Part shown: piece by piece, positions 60,642 through 64,000 of the stretch
Position numbering within the stretch: the stretch's first letter is position 1
Layout: every line of letters starts with the position of its first letter
Origin: Candidatus Dormiibacterota bacterium
Lineage (GTDB): Bacteria > Chloroflexota > Dormibacteria > Aeolococcales > Aeolococcaceae
Assembly: GCA_963709585.1 (NCBI GenBank)
Contig: CAVPXI010000008.1
Location: 1-64,000 of the forward strand
Reading direction: 5' to 3'
DNA: 64,000 bases
The notes under the pieces: generated by a model
The model's database searches: none
The model's input: only the letters and a program-made list of their open reading frames with translations
Told to the model about the DNA's origin: nothing
Position numbers and translations under genes: made by a program

Positions 60642-61552
60642 GAGCGGGCCCGGACAAATGCCGCCGCCGCACCGGCGAGCAGAGTCACACCCGCGATCGC
60701 GGATGTCCGCCACATCGCCGGGAGGTCCCGGGTGGTGACCACCGGATCGGGCGGCAACCCATAGACCTCGGGCTCGTCCAGGAGCAGGAAGAACGCTCCA
60801 GCTCCGCCGATACCATCATTCGGGTCCGCGCCGTAGAGCCTGGCGTCGGCGACGCCCGCGGCGTGCAGCTTCCCGACGCGGTGCTGGGCGCGGACTCGCA
60901 GCTCGTCGAGGTCGCCGTACTGGATCGACTGTGTCGGGCACGCCTGCGCACACGCCGGAGTCATGCCCTCGCCAAGGCGGCCGTAGCAGAGCGTGCACTT
61001 CTGCGCGATGCCGACGTTCCTTGCGCCGGCCGGGCCTTCGCGGCGGTCGATGACACCGAAGGGACAAGCCGGAACGCAATACCCGCAGCCGTTGCAGATG
61101 TCGTCCTGGATGACCACAGTCCCGAACTCGGTGCGCGTCAACGATCCGGTCGGGCAGACGTCGAGACACGCGGCGTGCGTGCAGTGCTTGCAGACGTCCG
61201 ACGACATCAGCCACCGGATGCCGGCCTCCACTCCCACCGGAGCTGCGTTCTGGCCAGGTGTGGCGGCAACCACGGGGAGCGGCGTGAAGCCGGTCGCGTC
61301 CGCCGGGCGGCGCGGCTGTTCGATGAAGGCAACGTGGCGCCAGGTGCTGGCACCGAGTGCCCCGGTGTTGTCGTAGGACATCCCGAGCATCTGCAGTCCG
61401 TCCTCGGGGATGCCGTTCCACTCCTTGCACGCCACCTCGCACGCCTTGCAGCCGATGCAGATGGAACTGTCCGTGAAAAACCCCTTGCGCGGCGGGGCAT
61501 CGGTCCAGCCCGCGGCCAGGGCCGGGTCGGGCGCGCTCGACCATCGCTCCAT
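60638..61552 (-). CDS. Formate dehydrogenase beta (4Fe-4S) subunit
   Basis: CIGCKACEVAC, CKHC..AAC..VCP, CNGCGYC..ACP, KCTLC..PACA.ACP. Confidence 0.93.
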   Translation of the reverse strand: MERWSSAPDPALAAGWTDAPPRKGFFTDSSICIGCKACEVACKEWNGIPEDGLQMLGMSYDNTGALGASTWRHVAFIEQPRRPADATGFTPLPVVAATPGQNAAPVGVEAGIRWLMSSDVCKHCTHAACLDVCPTGSLTRTEFGTVVIQDDICNGCGYCVPACPFGVIDRREGPAGARNVGIAQKCTLCYGRLGEGMTPACAQACPTQSIQYGDLDELRVRAQHRVGKLHAAGVADARLYGADPNDGIGGAGAFFLLLDEPEVYGLPPDPVVTTRDLPAMWRTSAIAGVTLLAGAAAAFVRARS

Positions 61553-64000
61553 CAAGGTGGGTCCCCGGGTGGCGTCACCCGCACGGTCCCGGTGTCGATG
61601 GTCAGGCGCGCGCGGCGCCGGTACACCTCGACGTAACGTGGCAGCGCTGCCCCGGTGGGGCGCCTGCCCGGTTGGATGTCGCACGACGCGGCTTTCGACT
61701 CCTGGATGTGCACGTTGGGATCGAGCGAGACCCCCATGACGTCGTTCGCCGAATCACCGCTGACGATCGCCCCGCCGCCGCCCACCCCCCAGTGGTACGG
61801 GAGGCCGATCTGGTGGATGGTGCGCCCGCCGACTGTGAGTGGGGTCATCCGCTCGGTGACCAGCACCCTCGCCTCGATCGCGGTTCGCGCCGTGACGATG
61901 GTTGCCCAGCCGAGGTGCTCGAGGCCGCGCTCGGTCGCAAGCTCTGGCGAGACTTCGCAGAAGAACTCCGGCTGCAACTCGGCGAGGTACGGCGACCAGC
62001 GGCTCATGCCACCTGCGGTGTGATGCTCGGTGAGCCGGTACGTGGTCACGATGTACGGAAACACGTCGGAGCCCGGCTCCGGTGGCGACGGGCTCGTGAG
62101 ATTCTCGTTGCGCGGAAACATGTCGCGCGTGGGGTTCGATTGCTGCGGATGCAACGCGTTGCGAAGCGGCGATTCGACCGGCTCGTAGTGCACCGGCAGC
62201 GGGCCGTCGAGCAGTCCGCTCGGGGCGTAGAGCCATGCCTTCCCGTCGCCCTGCATGATGAAGGGGTCGTCACCTGCGAGCCCGTCGGGCCCGCCGACGC
62301 CCGGCTCGGGACGAAACGAAGGCGCCTTGGTCGCCTGGAAGTCCGGCACGTCGTGCCCGGTCCATTTCCCCGCGGCCTCGTCCCACCAGACGTACGCTTT
62401 GCGTTCGCTCCAGGGCTTGCCTTCCGGGTCGGCCGACGCGCGGTTGTAGAGAATCCGCCGGTTCATCGGCCAGGCCCACCCCCAGTCGGGTGCGACCCAC
62501 GACTGCTCCGATCCCGGCTTCCGCCTCGCCGACCGGTTGACGCCGTCGCTGTAGACACCCGTGTAAATCCAGCAGCCACCCGATGTTGAACCATCCGCCT
62601 TCATCTCGATGAAGCTGCTGAGCATCTGCCCGGCCCTCTCTCCGCTGAGGTGGCGACCGTTGATCTCGCGCAACACCGCCTCAGCATCGGGCTCCTCGCC
62701 GGCGAGCAGCGGATAGTCCCACGCCAGCGTGCGCAGCGGCAGGTCGCGTTCGAGCGGTGACGTCTCAAGACGCTCCCGAAGCAGCCTGCCGAGGTGATAG
62801 AAGAAGTGGAGCTCGCTGCGACAGTCGCCCGACGGCTCGACTGCCTTGTGGTGCCACTGGAGCAGGCGTTGAGTCTGCGTGAAGGTGCCGTCCTTCTCCG
62901 TGTGCGCCGCGGCTGGGAGGAAGAACACCTCGGTGCCGATATCCTCAGTGCGCATCTCGCCGGTGGCGATCTCCGGACCGTCCTTCCAGAACGTGGCGGA
63001 CTCGATGAGATTGAAGTCCCGAACCACCAGCCACCTCAGGTGGGACATCGCGAGCCGCTGCAGCTTGCCGTTCGCGGACCCGACTGCGGGATTCTGCCCG
63101 AGCAGGAAGTAACCCTCGACCTTCCCGTCGAGCATGTCCACGATCGTCTGATAGTTGCTGTGGTCGCCACTGATGCGCGGCAGCCATTCGAAGCCGAAGT
63201 CGTTGTCCGGCGTGGCAGCGTCACCCCACCATGCTTTGAGCAGGCTGACGACATATGTGTCCGCTGCCGTCCAGAAGCCCTTCTGTCCGTCGCTTTTGAT
63301 CGACGCGAGGTACGCGTGGAGATCCGCGTGCACCCCCGCCTTCGGCATCGGGAGATACCCGGGGAGCAGATCAAAGAGCGTTGGAATGTCTGTCGATCCC
63401 TGGATGCTCGCGTGGCCGCGGAGCGCGAGGATGCCGCCGCCCGGACGCCCGATGTTGCCGAGCAGCAGCTGGATGATGGCCGCACCGCGGATGTACTGGA
63501 CCCCGACGGAGTGCTGTGTCCACCCCACCGAATACACCCACGCTGTCGTGCGTTCGCGACCACTGTTGGCGGTGACCGCCTCGCACACCGTCGCGAACTG
63601 CCCGGCTGGGACACCGCAGATGCGCTCGACCACCTCGGGGGTGTACCGCGCGTAGTGACGCTTGAGAATCTGAAAGACGCAGAAGGGATCCTGGAGGCTT
63701 TCATCGCGCCGGACCCCCCGTGGGGCAGGGCTGTGCCGCGGCCACCGAGCTCGTGGCCACCCCCGCCCGCGTGCGCCGCCGGCTGCCTGCCCGGCACCAC
63801 CCGCGAGCCCGCCGCCGCGGCCATCTCCATCCCCTCATATGCCCAGCTGGTGGTGTCATACGTCCCGGCCGTCGGGTCGAAGCCGGAGAAGAGGCCGCCG
63901 AGCTGGTCGGCGTCCTGGAAGTCCTCACTGACGATCGTGGCCGCGTTGGTGTAGCGCACGACGTACTCACGGAAATACTTCTCGGTGCTGAGGATGTAGT
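61552..64000 (-). CDS. Formate dehydrogenase alpha subunit (FdnG/FdoG type), 5' part outside the window, frameshift near 63716
   Basis: GWTQH..G.Q, ALRGHASIQGSTD, WAWP.NRRILYNRAS, TTYRLTEH; adding one G to the G6 run restores HGGVRRDESLQDPFCVFQILKRH. Confidence 0.92.

Overview
High-GC bacterial chromosome segment. Gene content and many apparently leaderless starts fit a soil Actinomycetota- or Chloroflexota/Dormibacteria-type organism, but taxonomy cannot be fixed from this window. From left to right: the frameshift-rich end of a probable prophage or integrative element abutting tRNA-Leu(UAA); tRNA-Cys; an orphan NarL-type regulator with a structured leader; rarA; an NfeD/SPFH pair; an acyl-CoA catabolic run; a GlnA4-type gamma-glutamylation operon with an RpiR regulator; a srsABC-like type III PKS trio; a DedA-RDD-ArsR fusion; PiT/DUF47; a membrane HD-GYP protein; xylA-xylB-ROK regulator plus a sugar ABC system containing an exact 1033-bp direct repeat; a KimA-like transporter fused to an OB-fold, with two TrkA genes; benzoate-CoA ligase with boxB and boxC but no boxA; several small enzymes; selD-selC-selA-selB; and a formate dehydrogenase operon running off the right edge. 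At least six otherwise intact genes carry single-base indels, most likely long-read consensus errors. No CRISPR array, rRNA or transposase was seen. All family assignments come from motif recognition by eye, not database searches.
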